DNA of 64,000 nucleotides from Casimicrobiaceae bacterium (GTDB lineage Bacteria; Pseudomonadota; Gammaproteobacteria; Burkholderiales; Casimicrobiaceae): NCBI GenBank assembly GCA_036003195.1, contig DASYSP010000083.1, positions 46,054 to 110,053 of the forward strand, read 5' to 3'. Shown piece by piece: positions 59,574 to 64,000 of this stretch (position 1 is its first letter; each line of letters starts with the position of its first letter). The notes under the pieces were generated by a model. It saw only the letters and a program-made list of their open reading frames with translations, ran no database searches and was not told where the DNA came from. The position numbers and the translations under genes were made by a program.

Positions 59574-61622
59574 GTGCAGACGCTCTATCTCGTCGTGCCG
59601 CTGGCGCCGCTGTTCGCGGCGATCGTCGTCGGTCTGTGGGGATCGCGGCTCGGCCGGCGCGTATCGCACTCGCTGTGCATCGCCGGCGTCGGCCTGGCGA
59701 TGGTCGCGTCCATCGCGATCGCACGCGACGTCGCCGCCGGTCACGTGTTCAACGGCGACGTCTATACCTGGCTGCAATCGGGCAGCCTCAAGCTCGCGAT
59801 CGGCTTGCTGATCGACCCGTTGACGGTGACGATGATGGTGGTCGTCACGTTCGTGTCGCTGATGGTGCACGTGTACACGATCGGCTACATGGCCGACGAT
59901 CCGGGCTACACGCGCTTCTTCTCGTACATCTCGCTCTTCACCTTCTCGATGCTGATGCTGGTGATGAGCAACAACTTCCTGCAGCTCTTCTTCGGCTGGG
60001 AGGCGGTCGGCCTCGTGTCCTACCTGCTGATCGGCTTCTGGTACACGCGGCCGACGGCGATCTACGCCAACCTGAAGGCATTCCTCGCCAACCGCGTCGG
60101 CGACTTCGGCTTCGTGCTCGGCATCGGCCTGGTGCTGTCAGCGTTCGGCACGCTCGACTATGCGGCGGTGTTCGCCAGGGCGCCGTCGATCGCGGCGCTG
60201 GCGCTCGACCTGGGCGGCGGCCACTCGCCGCTGCTCATCACGGCGATCTGCATCGGCCTCTTCGTCGGCGCCATGGGCAAGAGCGCGCAGGTGCCGCTGC
60301 ACGTGTGGCTGCCCGACTCGATGGAGGGGCCGACGCCGATCTCGGCGCTGATCCATGCCGCGACGATGGTGACCGCCGGCATCTTCATGGTGGCGCGGAT
60401 GAGCCCGCTGTTCGAGCTGTCCGACGCCGCGCTGTCGTTCGTCACGGTGATCGGCGCCACCACCGCGCTGTTCATGGCCTTCCTCGGCATCGTGCAGAAC
60501 GACATCAAGCGCGTGGTCGCGTACTCGACGCTGTCGCAGCTCGGCTACATGACGGTGGCGCTGGGGGTCTCCGCCTATTCGGCGGCGATCTTCCACCTGA
60601 TGACCCACGCGTTCTTCAAGGCACTCTTGTTCCTCGCCGCGGGCTCGGTGATCGTGGCGATGCACCACGAGCAGGACCTGCGCAGGATGGGCGGATTGCG
60701 CAAGTACATGCCGATCACCTGGATCACGACGATCATCGGCTCGCTGGCGCTGGCCGGGATTCCGCCATTCGCGGGGTTCTTCTCCAAGGACGCCATCATC
60801 GAGGCGGTTGCGGCGTCGCGCATCGCCGGCCACTCGTACGCGTACTTCGCGGTGGTATGCGGCGTGTTCGTCACCGCGTTCTACTCGTTCCGCATGCTCT
60901 TCCTGGCGTTTCACGGCGCGCCACGCTTCGACAGCGCCGCGCATGACGCTGCGCAGGCGCACGCCGCGCCGACGCATGCGCAGGCCGACCATGACGCCTC
61001 GCACGAGGCGGGTAGCGAGCCGGGCGATTCTCATGACACGCATGGCGGCACCCCGCACGAGTCGCCCTGGGTGATCACGGTGCCGCTGATCCTGCTCGCC
61101 ATTCCGTCGGTGTACGCCGGCTGGCACTACGTCGAGCCGATGCTGTTCGGCGACTGGTTCGGCAACTCCATCGTCGTGTCGCCGGCGCATCCGGCGATGG
61201 CCGAGCTCAGGGAGGAGTGGCATGGCGTCGGCGCGTTCATCATGCACGGCTTCGTGAGCCTGCCGTTCTGGCTGGCGATCGCCGGCATCGCGGCCGCCTT
61301 CTACTGCTACATCGTCAATCCGGCGCTACCGGCGCGGCTGCGCCAGCTGGCCGGTCCGCTGTACACGCTGCTCGACAACAAGTACTACTTCGACCGATTC
61401 AACGACTGGTTCTTCGCAGGCGGCACGCGCGAGCTCGGTGAGATCGCGTCGAACGTCGGCGATCGCCGGATCATCGACGGCTTCTTCGTCAACGGCTCGG
61501 CGCGCGCGGTGGGTGTGGCGGCGTCGATCCTGCGCAAGCTGCAGTCCGGGTACGTCTACCAGTACGCGTTCACCATGATCATCGGCGTGTTCGCGCTGCT
61601 GACGTGGTGGGTCGTGCGCTAG
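59574..61622 (+). CDS. nuoL: NADH-quinone oxidoreductase subunit L
   Basis: GWEAVGL.SYLLIGFW, NRVGD.G, GKSAQ.PLH.WLPDSMEGPTPISALIHAATMVTAG, DIKRVVAYST.SQLG. Confidence 0.97.
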   Translation: MQTLYLVVPLAPLFAAIVVGLWGSRLGRRVSHSLCIAGVGLAMVASIAIARDVAAGHVFNGDVYTWLQSGSLKLAIGLLIDPLTVTMMVVVTFVSLMVHVYTIGYMADDPGYTRFFSYISLFTFSMLMLVMSNNFLQLFFGWEAVGLVSYLLIGFWYTRPTAIYANLKAFLANRVGDFGFVLGIGLVLSAFGTLDYAAVFARAPSIAALALDLGGGHSPLLITAICIGLFVGAMGKSAQVPLHVWLPDSMEGPTPISALIHAATMVTAGIFMVARMSPLFELSDAALSFVTVIGATTALFMAFLGIVQNDIKRVVAYSTLSQLGYMTVALGVSAYSAAIFHLMTHAFFKALLFLAAGSVIVAMHHEQDLRRMGGLRKYMPITWITTIIGSLALAGIPPFAGFFSKDAIIEAVAASRIAGHSYAYFAVVCGVFVTAFYSFRMLFLAFHGAPRFDSAAHDAAQAHAAPTHAQADHDASHEAGSEPGDSHDTHGGTPHESPWVITVPLILLAIPSVYAGWHYVEPMLFGDWFGNSIVVSPAHPAMAELREEWHGVGAFIMHGFVSLPFWLAIAGIAAAFYCYIVNPALPARLRQLAGPLYTLLDNKYYFDRFNDWFFAGGTRELGEIASNVGDRRIIDGFFVNGSARAVGVAASILRKLQSGYVYQYAFTMIIGVFALLTWWVVR

Positions 61623-61635
61623 GCGGGCGACGACG

Positions 61636-63105
<1,470 letters not shown>

Positions 63106-63109
63106 ACCG

Positions 63110-64000
63110 ATGAAAGCCGATCTCGCCACCGCGCTGCCCGAAATCACGCTGCTGTGCTGCGCGTGCCTGGTGCTCGTCGTCGACGTGTTCCTGCCGGCGT
63201 CGCGCCGCCATGTCAGCTACTGGCTCACGCAGGGGGCGCTGCTGCTCACCGCGTGGATCGTGCTGACGTCGGTGCGTGCCAATCCGGTGCGTGGCTTCCA
63301 CGGCATGGTGGTCAACGACAACATGGCCGACCTCCTCAAGCTCGCCGCCATCGTCGCCGTGTCGCTGATGCTGTTCTACGGCCGCCGCTACTTCACCGTG
63401 CGCGGGCTTTTCACAGGTGAAAACTTCGTGCTCGTGCTGTTCTCGCTGCTCGGCATGCTGATCATGATTGCGGCGGGCAGCTTCATCACGCTGTATCTGG
63501 GCCTCGAGCTGCAGTCGCTGGCGCTGTATGCGCTGGTGGCGTCGCAACGCGACCGGCCCGGACCGGCGGAGGCGGCGATGAAGTATTTCGTGCTGGGCGC
63601 GCTCGCCTCGGGCATGCTGCTCTACGGCATGTCGATGCTGTATGGCGCCACCGGCTCGCTGGACCTCGACCGCGTGGCGCAGGCGACGCTGACGTCCAGC
63701 GGCGACAACCACCTGCTGCAGCTGTTCGGCCTCGTGTTCGTGGTCTCGGGGATCGCGTTCAAGCTCGGCGCCGTGCCGTACCACATGTGGGTGCCCGATG
63801 TGTACGAGGGTGCGCCGACGCCGATCACGCTGCTCGTCGGCACCGCGCCCAAGCTCGCGGCCTTCGCATTCGCGCTGCGCATGCTGGGCGGCGCGCTGAA
63901 GGGGCTCGAGTATGACTGGCAGGGCATGCTGATCGTGCTGTCGCTGCTGTCGATGGTGCTCGGCAACGTCATCGCCATCGCGCAAACCGACATCAAGCGC
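63110..64000 (+). CDS. nuoN: NADH-quinone oxidoreductase subunit N (3'-truncated by window edge)
   Basis: Own translation from ATG 63110: MKADLATALPEI..., LELQSLALYAL, EAAMKYFVLGALASG.LLYG.S, FKLGAVPYHMWVPDVYEGAP. Confidence 0.96.
   Translation, partial: MKADLATALPEITLLCCACLVLVVDVFLPASRRHVSYWLTQGALLLTAWIVLTSVRANPVRGFHGMVVNDNMADLLKLAAIVAVSLMLFYGRRYFTVRGLFTGENFVLVLFSLLGMLIMIAAGSFITLYLGLELQSLALYALVASQRDRPGPAEAAMKYFVLGALASGMLLYGMSMLYGATGSLDLDRVAQATLTSSGDNHLLQLFGLVFVVSGIAFKLGAVPYHMWVPDVYEGAPTPITLLVGTAPKLAAFAFALRMLGGALKGLEYDWQGMLIVLSLLSMVLGNVIAIAQTDIKR

Overview
GC-rich betaproteobacterial (Burkholderiales-like) chromosomal segment, mostly core genome; I found no CRISPR array, integrase, transposase or prophage. 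Left to right: 5'-truncated uxaC, doxX, dtd with a DUF4124 gene, a PLP aminotransferase with a lipoprotein aminopeptidase, an SH3 protein, a minus-strand trypsin-like protease/MoxR/DUF58/vWA operon, an O-methyltransferase and an alpha/beta hydrolase, then rpsF-priB-rpsR-rplI-dnaB. Next is a ~13.5 kb minus-strand envelope-modification region: a Burkholderia-style L-Ara4N locus (arnT, SMR flippase, arnB, arnC, split ArnA, arnD), bcp, a PIN-PhoH gene, and a second cassette (GtrB-like GT2, novel GT-C, SMR flippase, CPBP protease). After that come an atypical-type cysS coupled to an FAH-family gene, a candidate sRNA, PduO-type adenosyltransferase/ECF sigma/RskA anti-sigma, acyl-CoA ligase and crotonase, a Liv-type ABC transporter, a Dpp-type ABC transporter with a HutG-like amidohydrolase, an orphan alpha/beta hydrolase, tpiA-secG-tRNA-Leu(GAG), and nuoA-N (nuoN runs off the end). 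The best novelty candidates are the second lipid-linked glycosylation cassette with its CPBP protease (15123-19149) and the anti-Shine-Dalgarno-bearing sRNA candidate (~31385-31486). All family assignments come from motifs I recognised by eye; no database search was run.
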